Below, in pieces: positions 19,839 to 29,804 of a stretch of DNA of 64,000 nt. The notes below the pieces were generated by a model. It saw only the letters and a list, made by a program, of their open reading frames with translations, searched no databases and was not told where the DNA came from. Each line of letters begins with the position of its first letter. Positions within the stretch are counted from its first letter, which is position 1. Origin of the DNA: Thecamonas trahens ATCC 50062 (Eukaryota > Protista > Apusomonadida); contig NW_013657664.1 in the NCBI RefSeq assembly GCF_000142905.1, positions 462,133-526,132 on the forward strand. Direction: 5' to 3'. A program made the position numbers and the translations under genes.

Positions 19839-21085
19839 ATGAGCAGTCAGACCGAGCAACAGGAGGAGGTTGAGCATCTGACTCTGGTACTTGTTGCGTG
19901 GATTAGCGAGTGTTGGTCATGTCTGCAGACGAGGATGTTGCTGTTCGCGTATGTTGGGCCAGTGGGTGAGCACGGTGGGGGTAGTGGTGGTATGCAGAGC
20001 CCCATGTTGGTCGCTGGGTTTGGTGGAGGTGGTTGTCAAGTGGTCTCATCATGGTGGGCGTGGAAACGATGGATGTGGGCGGTGGGCGTACGATTGGACT
20101 GTGCGGTGGCGGGTGATGGTGGGCATACGATTGGACTGTGCCGTGGCGGGTGATGGTGGGCGTACGATTGGACTGTGCGGTGGCGGGTGATGGTGGGCGT
20201 ACGATTGGACTGTGCGGTGGCGGGTGATGGTGGGCATACGATTGGACTGTGCGGTGGCGGGTGATGGTGGGGTGGCGGGTGATGGTGGGCGTACGATTGG
20301 ACTGTGCGGTGGCGGACACGGCTACCGCTGCAATCGTACAGTACGAGTTTGCGGTCCAGATGACGTGTGGTGCATGTGTCCAAGCTGTGACAAAGGCGCT
20401 GGAGAAGGTGGACGGCATCCAGGAGTCCGAGATCGATCTTGAGGGCCAGGGTGTGACCGTTGTGGCCACTGCTCGCCTGCTCGACCTCCTTGCCGCGCTC
20501 GAGTCAACCGGTATGAAGACTGTGGTGCTGGGCATGGGCGGGACCAAGGGCAATCTCGGCGCCGCGGTCGCCATTCTCAAGTCAGACGACCCGAACGTTC
20601 ACGGCGTGGTCCGGTTTATTCAGCTCGCTGAGAAGGCATGCCTCATCGATGCCACCGTGGCTGGCCTCACCCCGGGCAAGCACGGCTTCCACATCCACGA
20701 GTTTGGCGACTGGTCCAACGGCTGCATCAACACCGGCGGGCACTACAACCCGGGCGGGAACGACCACGGCGGGCCCGATGATGACAACCGCCACGCAGGT
20801 GACCTCGGAAACATTGAAGCCGGCGCCGATGGCGTCGCCGTCTTCCGCACCGTTGACAGAGTCCTCAATGTGTGGGACATCATCGGCCGTGGTATCGTGG
20901 TCCACGCCGGCGAGGACGACCTCGGCCGCGGCGGCGTGCCCGAGTCCAAGACCACTGGCAACGCCGGCGGCCGCGTCGCGTGCGGCACCATCGCTCGCTC
21001 TGCCGGCGTATTCGAGAACACAAAGCGCATCTGCAAGTGCAACGGGACCACCATCTGGGAGGAGGATGACCTGCGCTTTGCCTGA
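19839..21085 (+). CDS. CCS: Copper chaperone for superoxide dismutase; exons 19839-19886 and 20342-21085
   Basis: Three-domain layout: HMA domain EFAVQMTCGAC, a SOD-like domain, and domain III ARSAGVFENTKRICKCNGTTIWEE with the CxC motif. Phase-0 GT-AG intron. Confidence 0.93.
20081..20314. repeat. 37-bp minisatellite in the CCS intron, about 6 copies
   Basis: Unit GGTGGGCGTACGATTGGACTGTGCGGTGGCGGGTGAT at 20081, 20118, 20155, 20192, 20229, then a truncated copy and 20284. Confidence 0.95.
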
Positions 21086-21142
21086 CCATGCACGAGCCGA
21101 TGTGCTGCTGTGTCTGTTTGTTTGCAGAGGCGTAAAGAACGG

Positions 21143-22491
21143 CTACTCGTATCCTGGGTTCGGCGCCGTGAACACGTAGCCTGCGGCAGACGGCTTGTCG
21201 CCGACCTCCTGCCCAGCCGCCACCACATACACCGTCTCCTGCACAACATCGATGTCAACCCAGCCAAAGGCAACCGGGAGCTGCGACGTCGCTTGCAGCG
21301 GGCTCGTCACATTGATGGCGTCAAAGACAACCAGCGAAGAATCGCTCGTCCCGGAGCCTGGCGCCACGCCCGTCGCCAGCACCGCCCAATTGAGTTCAAA
21401 CGCAACGCGCGGCTCCGCAGCGGACGTCGAGTCGGCGCTCGGTGCCTGTGCCCACGTCAGGAACTGCTTGCCTGACAGCATCGAGTAGACGTCAAAGTGC
21501 AGCGCAATAACGTCACCGCTGGACGCGGTCCCACTCCATGCAAGGCCAATGAGGCAGCCGTCCGGTCCGGCCACGCTCCAGGCAGCCATCGCACCGCCGT
21601 TGACCGACATCGCCGCGTCGGCCAGCGACCACGTCACGCCTGCCGTGGCCGGCGCGCTCCACTGCTGCACCACCGCGTAGCTGGTGCCGTTCCACTTGCG
21701 CAGCACGGCGGTCGCATCACCGCTGATGAGAAAGATGCCCATCGGGCAAAGCCGCGCAAAGTTGGAGCCATCGGTAGTGAGAATCGGCGGGACAACAAGC
21801 GTCCCGTTGCGGGCGACGATCCGGATGGCGGTCGGCGTGGCCACCGAGCACCGCGCGCCGTCGCGTGAGCACGACACCGAGTTGATCTCGCCTGCGCCCG
21901 GGTAGCTGCTACTCCACAGCACCTTTCCGGTTTGCCCTCCCAGTGCCACTGCCGTTGGCGTTCCGTCGGCCGACCAGTAAGCCGCCACCACCGTCGAGCC
22001 GTCGTCCGAGAACGCCAACAGCGGATCCGCCGCATCGCCGAGCACACATCCCTTGATCTCGTACTTCCACATCGGCTTGTCGCCCTGTCCAAAGCCGCGG
22101 AAGGTACAAGTCTTGGCCCCGCCATCACGCAATCCCTCGATCGTCACCGTCACCACCTTGCCCACCGGCGCCGCGTCATATCGCGCAGCCATGGCAAGCA
22201 TCAGCGTGGGCGTGCCTGACTCGAGCCATGTCGACTCGTGAGCCCAATTAATCGATCCCGAAGTAGGAGTCATCTCGTACTCCACATTGATCAAAAGTCG
22301 CTCTGCCGGACCTAGACCGGAAAAACCCACCCATGGCCCTTCCCGCTCGCAGCACGCGAGGTCAGCGTCGCGCCCGTCACCGTGTCGCCCGCCTCCACGA
22401 GAGCCACCACAGGTGTCATTGCTGCATGGGCCACACCGGTGAGGTAAGCACATGCAAGGAGAGCAAGCAGCATACAAGTAGAAGGATACAT
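21143..22491 (-). CDS. Secreted beta-propeller-like (PQQ/WD-type) protein; frameshift at ~22321-22325
   Basis: Signal peptide MYPSTCMLLALLACAYLTGVAHA lies in one frame. Propeller-like blades (LAFSDDGSTVVA, QTGKVLWS, SVSCSRDGARCSV) lie in another. One extra base in the A5 run joins them. Confidence 0.65.
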
Positions 22492-22544
22492 GGTGCAGGT
22501 GGTGGGAGGGGTGTGGAGTGGTGGGCCATGGTGGGTGTGGGCTG

Positions 22545-23235
22545 CGGCCGCCTCTACCTGCATCCATCTGCACTAGCTGCTGATCATGTCATCGCCCGCA
22601 TCGGTTGCTGGTACTTGGGATCGGCTGCTGTCGCTTGCAGCACCATGCGCCTGCTACCGTTGCCCGCATCGGCCGCCTTCTACCTGCATCCATCCGCACC
22701 AGCTGCTGATCATGTCATCGCCCGCATCGGTTGCTGGTACTTGGGATCGGCTGCTGTCGCTTGCAGCACCATGCGCCTGCTACCGTTGCCCGCATCGGCC
22801 GCCTTCTACCTGCATCCATCCGCACCAGCTGCTGATCATGTCATCGCCCGCATCGGTTGCTGGTACTTGGGATCGGCTGCTGTCGCTTGCAGCACCATGC
22901 GCCTGCTACCGTTGCCCGCATCGGCCGCCTTCTACCTGCATCCATCCGCACCAGCTGCTGATCATGTCATCGCCCGCATCGGTTGCTGGTACTTTGGATC
23001 GGCTGCTGTCGCTTGCAGCACCATGCGCCTGCTACCGTTGCCCGCATCGGCCGCCTTCTACCTGCATCCATCCGCACCAGCTGCTGATCATGTCATCGCC
23101 CGCATCGGTTGCTGGTACTTGGGATCGGCTGCTGTCGCTTGCAGCACCATGCGCCTGCTACCGTTGCCCGCATCGGCCGCCTTCTACCTGCATCCATCTG
23201 CATCAGTTGCAGATCATGCCATCACCCGCGTCGCC
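22545..23235. repeat. 126-bp tandem repeat, about 5.4 copies
   Basis: CATCCATC recurs at 22561, 22687, 22813, 22939, 23065 and 23191; the units are nearly identical. Confidence 0.96.
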
Positions 23236-23473
23236 TCTGTCCGTCAGCTGTCCACATCAGCTACACAACTTCTGTCGCTCGTATTGACCGTCATCAGCAT
23301 CAGCCACATCGCCCGCCTCCAGAGGGGTGCCCCCCCCTCCTCTCCCCGTTGGCGCACCTGTCGGTCATGGCGCACGGTTGCCGCCCGTTGGCTGGCAGAA
23401 GAGGACAACGTGGAGGAGACCACCCCACCACCCAACCACAAGCCATACACCTAGAGGTTGTTTGTGGAGGAGA

Positions 23474-24388
23474 ATGGACGCACTTGACGCGCTGCTCGAA
23501 GCGTATGACATCCCTACCGAGGCCACCACTGACGACGAGCTCGCTGCTGTTGCTGCCGCCAACTCGGAGATGGATTTGACTCGCTTTGCTTCCGTCAGCT
23601 CGGCCAAGATCAGCTACGCGACCGAGTACGGCCAGAGTATCACCAAGCTAGTGGTGGTGGACACCGCGCTGACCGATGCCGATCTGGCCCCACTCATCGA
23701 CCTGCTGCCGGCGCTCAAAGAAGTCGATCTGAGTCAATCGGCGAAGCTGACTGATGTGACCCTCATTGCTCTCGCGCAGACCTCGCCAGGCATCACCAAG
23801 CTCACCCTCAACGCTTGCACAGGCTTCACTGACGCCGGCATCATGGTCGCGGCGCTGACTCTCAACTCGCTCACGGATCTGTCGCTCACAGCCTGCACCA
23901 AGCTCACCGATCAGGCCCTGGAGGCGCTCTCGCAGGCTCCGTGCATCGCGTCGCTTACCTCGCTCTCGCTTGCGTACTCAACAAGCTACACCTCCGACAC
24001 CCTTGAGGCGCTGCTGAGCGAGACTGCAGCACTTGAATCGCTCAATCTGGCGCTCGTCGCCTGTGTCCGCAACGAATCGCTCAAGGTGGTGGCCGACCGT
24101 GCGCCTCGGCTCCGCGACCTCAACATCGCTTCATGCCTCTTGATTGACGACGACGGCATTGCCGAGCTCTGCGGCGGCGACGACGATGACGCTGAGGGCA
24201 TAGGGCCGACGCTGACGACTCTCAACTGTGCCTCACTCCCGCTCGTCACCGACTTTGGCCTCTCGCTCCTCGCCGACTACTTTCCCGCCCTCCGCGACCT
24301 CAATCTCCAGCTCTGCGAGGGCATCACCCAGCTTGGGGCCGAGAACCTCTACAACTCGGCGCCGCACATCGCCAAGCTCACGTTCTGA
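23474..24388 (+). CDS. Cysteine-containing LRR protein (FBXL/AMN1-type repeats, no clear F-box)
   Basis: Repeated LxxLxLxxCxxxTDxxL, for example LTDLSLTACTKLTDQAL and LRDLNLQLCEGIT. Confidence 0.85.
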   Translation: MDALDALLEAYDIPTEATTDDELAAVAAANSEMDLTRFASVSSAKISYATEYGQSITKLVVVDTALTDADLAPLIDLLPALKEVDLSQSAKLTDVTLIALAQTSPGITKLTLNACTGFTDAGIMVAALTLNSLTDLSLTACTKLTDQALEALSQAPCIASLTSLSLAYSTSYTSDTLEALLSETAALESLNLALVACVRNESLKVVADRAPRLRDLNIASCLLIDDDGIAELCGGDDDDAEGIGPTLTTLNCASLPLVTDFGLSLLADYFPALRDLNLQLCEGITQLGAENLYNSAPHIAKLTF

Positions 24389-24669
24389 GCCAAGTTGCAC
24401 CCGTCGCCACACAGGCCGAGCAGCGCGCCATCTCTAGCCGTCAGCCATCGTGGTCACTCGTCTCTCACGAGTAACACACCCTTCATCCACATCCCTACAG
24501 ATATCATGCTGTGCATGGCCGTGGCCATGGCCATCATCACTCCCAATTTGGCTATCACATCGGCCGACGAGTGAGCGAGTGACCAGCCGGGGGCGTCAGT
24601 CCCGAGTCGGCGACCACCTGTCCCTTCCCGCCCGCCAGCAGCCAGCCACCGTCAGACGACACGGCGTTC

Positions 24670-26338
24670 ATGGGCGAAGCTACGGAGAACCTGTGGGAGA
24701 AAATCCTTGCCGAGTACGCACATGTGTGCATGGGTATAATGATGAGGAAATGTGGTGTGTAGTATGACTCACAACTTGTTCTGTCTTTCTATATGGGTGT
24801 GCGGGTGCGGGGGGCGGGGGGGGCGACGGTCGGGCACCCGTGGCGGTGGTGGTGGGACGGCGGGCGCGGGGCGGGTGGGCGACGACAGCGCACGGAGTGT
24901 GGACGGTGGCAGCGGTGGAGGAAATGGTGCGACAGAGGATGGTGAGAGTGGACGGAGTCTGATTGTGCTGGGCAATGAGCTGTGTGGCAAGACGAGTTTG
25001 ATTGCTCGGCTGAAGGCGGTCGACTTTGACCTGCTCCCCAACTGTCTCGCCCTCGACTACACGTACATGGACATGGTGACCGAGGATGAGGACGAGTACG
25101 TCCCGCTGGGCAAGGTCAATGTGTGGCAGTTGTCGGGCAACCCGCACTTTGGCGCACTCCTCGACGTGGCTCTCAAGGCCGCCGGCTCGCTCGAGTCGAC
25201 TGCGTTTTTCGTCTGCCTTGCCATGGACACGCCGTGGACCATGGCCGCGGCGCTCGACCGCTGGCTCGGCCTGGTGGCCAAGGTCGTCGAGCGGGCCGAA
25301 GAGGCTGAGCTCAACGCCGAGGGCGCAGTCCGTGCTGCGGTCGAGGCGCGGCATGCCGAGCGGCGGCGCGCGATGGAGGAGTCGTGGCGCCGGTACACCG
25401 ACGGCGGCGAGGGCACGAGCGGCGACGGCGGCGACGGCGGCGCAAGCAGCGCAAGTGGGCCTGGCGAGGGCGACGGCGGCGAGGGTGGCGTGGGCGAGGA
25501 AGTGCTCATGCCGCTGACCGAGGGCGCGCTGGAGATCAACCTTGGGGTGCGGATTGTGATTGTGGTGTGCAAGGCCGACATGGTCAACGAGCTGCAGTCT
25601 GCGTACGCGTACAAAGATGCACACTTTGACTACATCCAGCAGACGCTGCGCAAGCGGGCGCTCGCGCACGGAGCAGCACTCTTCTACACTTCGGCGGCGC
25701 AGGAGGGCAACACCAAGGAGCTGATGGCGTATCTGGAGCACAGCTTTTACGGCCTGCCGTTTAAGGCGGCGGCGCAGGTGGTGGAGAAGGAGTCGGTGCT
25801 GGTGCCGGCTGGCTGGGACTCGCTGACCAAGATCGATGTGCTCTCTGAGTCTTCGCGAGTCCTCACCCGCAATAAGGTCGACGACGACGGCGCCGAGCCG
25901 CCGTTCGAGTCGGTCATCAAGGAGCCGTTTGCCGTGCTGGCGCCGGTGGGCGGCGCCGTCGACGCGGCCGACGCCGTCGAGGCCGAGGACGACCAGGCCT
26001 TCCTGCAACGCTTCCGCGAGTTTATCGATTCCGACCCGTCGGGCGACGCCGACGCACAGCCGATTGCCAAGGGCATCAACGACTTGCTGGCGGCCGGCAA
26101 GAAGAAGACGCCGGTGGCGGCGCTGGCGGCCGAGCCCGGACCCGGGCGCCGGCCCTCGCTCGAAAACATTCTCGCAGGCGCCAAAGCGGCCAAGGCCGAC
26201 ACGCCGTCCGGCGGCGACACCGGCAGCGCTGGTTCCGAGGACGTGCTCAACTCGTTCTTCCACTCGCTGCTCAACAAGGGCGGCGCCGCGTCCGCCGACC
26301 AGCGCTCCGACGTCAAGAAGGCGCTCTCCAAAGAGTAG
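24670..26338 (+). CDS. DYNC1LI: Cytoplasmic dynein-1 light intermediate chain; exons 24670-24713 and 24889-26338
   Basis: Exon 1 ENLWEKILA; P-loop GNELCGKTSL; HFDYIQQTLR; VPAGWDS; adaptor-binding helix VLNSFFHSLL. Confidence 0.9.
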
Positions 26339-26412
26339 CCGGGTGGGCGAGTCTATGTCGAGGACAGCAGTAAAGTGATGATGCTTGTCAGCAAGCAGCT
26401 ACTCATACTCGT

Positions 26413-27024
26413 CTACTCATACTCGTCGTCGTCGTCGGCCACAAACTCGTACTCGTACGAGTCGTCGAGACCCGACGCATCCTGAGGCACACCGGTGACA
26501 AGCTCGCGGCGGCGGCGGGCTTGGGCGTCTGCAACTGCGCGAGCTTCATCGTCCATCAAGTAGTAGAACAGCCCATGTCCCCGCTTGTAGTCGAGAGCCA
26601 GACCGACGGCAACAATGGCAGCGATGACCGCGGCGAGCTTCTTGCCCTTCAGATCATAATCGCCGACAAGATCAAACTTGATGAACTTGACCAGAGCCGA
26701 GTCCTCCTTGTTGTACGGGATGTACCACTCCGGCTGCTTGGACGTCACCTCTTTGCTCCTGAGATTGACGTAGATGAATTCGCCTGTCGACTTGTCCACC
26801 CTTTGCTGCCACTCTTCCACCTGCTTGTTGGCTGCTGCTCCTCCGCTCGCCGCCTGCCCGCCGCCACCCGCCGCCGGCCCACCACCACCAGCTTCACCCG
26901 TCCTACCAGCCCCAGCCCCCGCACCAGAGCTCGAGGACCACCGTCCGCACACCATAGCAAGCCGACTCGCACCATTCATTCCGCCCATGGCTGCACGAGC
27001 CACGCCACCCACACTCCGAAGCAT
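26413..27024 (-). CDS. Probable mitochondrial single-pass membrane protein with a WW-like domain
   Basis: Arg/Ala/Ser presequence MLRSVGGVARAAM; WQQRVDKSTGEFIYVNLRSKEVTSKQP; transmembrane segment LAAVIAAIVAVGLAL; acidic tail. Confidence 0.65.
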   Translation of the reverse strand: MLRSVGGVARAAMGGMNGASRLAMVCGRWSSSSGAGAGAGRTGEAGGGGPAAGGGGQAASGGAAANKQVEEWQQRVDKSTGEFIYVNLRSKEVTSKQPEWYIPYNKEDSALVKFIKFDLVGDYDLKGKKLAAVIAAIVAVGLALDYKRGHGLFYYLMDDEARAVADAQARRRRELVTGVPQDASGLDDSYEYEFVADDDDEYE

Positions 27025-27569
27025 GGCTGGAGTCGAGTGCCCGCGCCGCGCCGGCTTGCCTTCGCTCTCGTGTCGCGTTCCGCCCTCTGATTCACTCGGT
27101 CGTGCCGCACCCCGCGGGCGGGCTGATCTCGACTAGTGCAGCACTCTGTGACCATTGGATCTTGTATCTGCTTGGATTGAGGAGTAGCGGATGGTACACT
27201 GGACAGGCTTGGCTCGCCTTTCGCCTGGTTCCGGTTCTAACTCCGGTCCGTGACGAGCTCATACTGCACTGCGCGGCGTGTTGCCGGCGGACTGTACTGG
27301 GCCAGCGTGGCGATCGGATGCAGATGCTGTTGCATCAAGAGGTACGCGATGAGTAGTGTTAGCGAGGTAGAGGGAGGCTTAGCAGAGAGATCATCTCGCA
27401 CGCGCTGCGCGACAGCTGGAATCAAGTATCACATCAGATACAGAAGTGTTGATGGCGATGATGGCGCTGATGGCGATGGTGGCGATAGTTGCCTTGGGAA
27501 GGACATGGTGATCAGAGCGCTGACCGTTTGATCGGGCGAGGCGAGGCACCCCCAATTAACCGAGTCGCC

Positions 27570-27660
27570 AGCATAGCTGGTCGAGCTACCAGTACATCTG
27601 GCCGACCTACCACCAGCACAGCTGGCCGACCTACCACCAGCACAGCTGGCCGAGCCACTG
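27570..27660. repeat. 24-bp tandem repeat, about 3.5 copies
   Basis: GCTGGCCGACCTACCACCAGCACA units. Confidence 0.8.
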
Positions 27661-27770
27661 ACAGCCGGAGCCAGAGCCCAGCGACCACTGCACTCTGACT
27701 GGACGGAACAGCTGGGAGTATGTCATATGGTATGTCCAACACGTGGTGTACATGAGGTGTACATGTGACA

Positions 27771-27805
<35 letters not shown>

Positions 27806-27850
27806 TGTGTGTGTGTGTAGCTGGTGTCTTCACGCTGTGTCACGGAGGTG

Positions 27851-27950
27851 NNNNNNNNNNNNNNNNNNNNNNNNNNNNNNNNNNNNNNNNNNNNNNNNNN
27901 NNNNNNNNNNNNNNNNNNNNNNNNNNNNNNNNNNNNNNNNNNNNNNNNNN
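27851..27950. other. Assembly gap (100 N)
   Basis: Run of n with a (TG)n tract just upstream and poly-C immediately downstream. Confidence 1.
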
Positions 27951-28283
27951 CCCCCCCCCCTCCTGTGAAATGCATCTTGGTGACAACGGCTGATCAACAG
28001 AGTGCTGGTATGGGACCATCTCGCTCGTTCGCTCGCACCCATTGCGCTTCCGTCCATCGCTCCCGTTTGCTAGCGATCTGGCTGACCAACTTACGTCTGC
28101 CTGCGATGCACAGACTCGTACAGCTACGGGACCTATAGCGAAGCCGAGGTGAGCGACAAGGTGCGCGGCGCGGGCGTGGCGCTGCTACGACTGCGTCGTC
28201 ATCGTCCTCGGCGTCGTCGTCGTCGTCCCGTCCCGTCGCAGTCGTCGTCGTTCTCGTGGGACACGGTGCTGACCAAGGAGCAG

Positions 28284-29756
28284 ATGCGCCGTTTCCCGTC
28301 GTTCTGCGACGGGGCCGAGCGGATCAACACGTACGTCCTTGGATGGTGCGTGGTGACGCTTGTGGCGCCACTTGGTATTGTGCTGCCGTTCCTGCTCTCC
28401 AACGACTACTCGGACGACACATCGCTGACGCTGTGGATTGTGTTCATTGCCTGCATCGTGCTTGGATGTGGGTTCTGCTGCTGGCGGCTCTCGCCGGTCT
28501 ACTTTGGCGGCCTCTGCTGCGCGCCGGCAAGCACGCCCAAGACCCATCCGTTTATGAACGACGAGCCGGTTGTCCGAGTCCCGCTCAAGCGGCTTGGCCT
28601 CATTGTCAACCCACTCTCTGGCAACAAGAAGGGCGTCCGGATTGTCAGCGACATCTTGCGCCCGGTGTTTGAGGACGAGTTTGGCATCGAGGTCAAGGTA
28701 TTCGAGACCGAGTACGCCGGCCACGCGGTCGTCCTCGCCGAGACCATCGACACGTCCAAGCTCGACGGCCTGGTGGTCGCCGGCGGAGACGGCTCGTTCC
28801 ACGAGGTAGTCAACGGCATGATGCGCAGGACCGACGGCTCGGCGGTACCCATTGGGCTCATCCCGTCCGGCACCGGCAACGCCGTCGGCCATTCGCTCGG
28901 CCTGTTCAAGACCCGGCTCGCTCAGGCCGCCCGCCGCATCGCCCGCGGCGAGGTCTACCACATGGATGTCAACCGGGTCAAGTTCAAGCCCAACCCGCAT
29001 GCCCGCTCCGTCGTCAAGTTCTCGGCCATGACTATCTGTTGGGGCCTTGTCGGCGACATCGGCGTTGCCGCCGAGCTCCACCGCAACGAGACCATCGGCA
29101 AGTACGCCCACGCCGCGTGGGTCGGCTTTAAGGCCAAGCCCGAAAAGGTGACCATTACCATTTCGGGCGGCGACCTCGACGAGCCCATCACCTTTAACCA
29201 GAACCTCATGACTGCCTTTATCCAGAACACGCCGCATTTTGGCGAAGGCTACTACGTCGTTCCCTCTGCCAAGCTCGACGATGGGTGCATGGACATCGCC
29301 ATTCTCGAGCAGGCTCACCGCGGCGAGCTGCTCAAGACCTTTACCCAGCTCCCGCGCGGTGCCCACACCGGCAACCGCAAGATCCAGACCTACCGCATCC
29401 AGAAGGCAGTCATTGTTCCGGCCTCCTCGCCGGGTCTCATCAACATCGACGGCGAGGTCATTCCCTTTGACGGCCCCATCACCGTCTCCACCATCCCGCA
29501 CGCCCTCTCCATCTTTGTCGCCTCGGACTCGCACCTCCCCGACGCCGACCTGCCCGAGCCCGGTCCGATCACCGGCAAGTCCAAAGTCAAGGGCAAGGGC
29601 AATGGTAAGGGCAAGGGCAAGGCTGCGAAGGCTATCAAGGCTGCCAAGACCAAGGCCAAGGCGACCAAGGCGACCAAGGCTACCAAGGTCACCAAGGCTG
29701 CAAAGGGCAAGAAGCGGACCGAGCCCGAGAGCTACGACTCGTACTATTCGGCATGA
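28284..29756 (+). CDS. DAGK-catalytic-domain lipid kinase (sphingosine/ceramide kinase-like) with two N-terminal TM helices; 5' exons uncertain
   Basis: IVNPLSG, ETEYAGHA, VAGGDGSFHEVVNG, LIPSGTGNA, LDDG, NIDGE; Lys/Ala-rich tail. Confidence 0.88.
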   Translation: MRRFPSFCDGAERINTYVLGWCVVTLVAPLGIVLPFLLSNDYSDDTSLTLWIVFIACIVLGCGFCCWRLSPVYFGGLCCAPASTPKTHPFMNDEPVVRVPLKRLGLIVNPLSGNKKGVRIVSDILRPVFEDEFGIEVKVFETEYAGHAVVLAETIDTSKLDGLVVAGGDGSFHEVVNGMMRRTDGSAVPIGLIPSGTGNAVGHSLGLFKTRLAQAARRIARGEVYHMDVNRVKFKPNPHARSVVKFSAMTICWGLVGDIGVAAELHRNETIGKYAHAAWVGFKAKPEKVTITISGGDLDEPITFNQNLMTAFIQNTPHFGEGYYVVPSAKLDDGCMDIAILEQAHRGELLKTFTQLPRGAHTGNRKIQTYRIQKAVIVPASSPGLINIDGEVIPFDGPITVSTIPHALSIFVASDSHLPDADLPEPGPITGKSKVKGKGNGKGKGKAAKAIKAAKTKAKATKATKATKVTKAAKGKKRTEPESYDSYYSA

Positions 29757-29804
29757 ACCTCACACACCTTTGTCTCCCTCCGTTCATTGTGATCTTTCGT
29801 GCGC

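Noticed and set aside
20081-20314. CRISPR-like 37-bp repeat
   Set aside because: No spacers; it lies inside the CCS intron.
22333-23454. 373-aa repeat protein
   Set aside because: It is explained by a stop-free 126-bp repeat, overlaps the 5' end of a minus-strand gene and has no recognisable domain.
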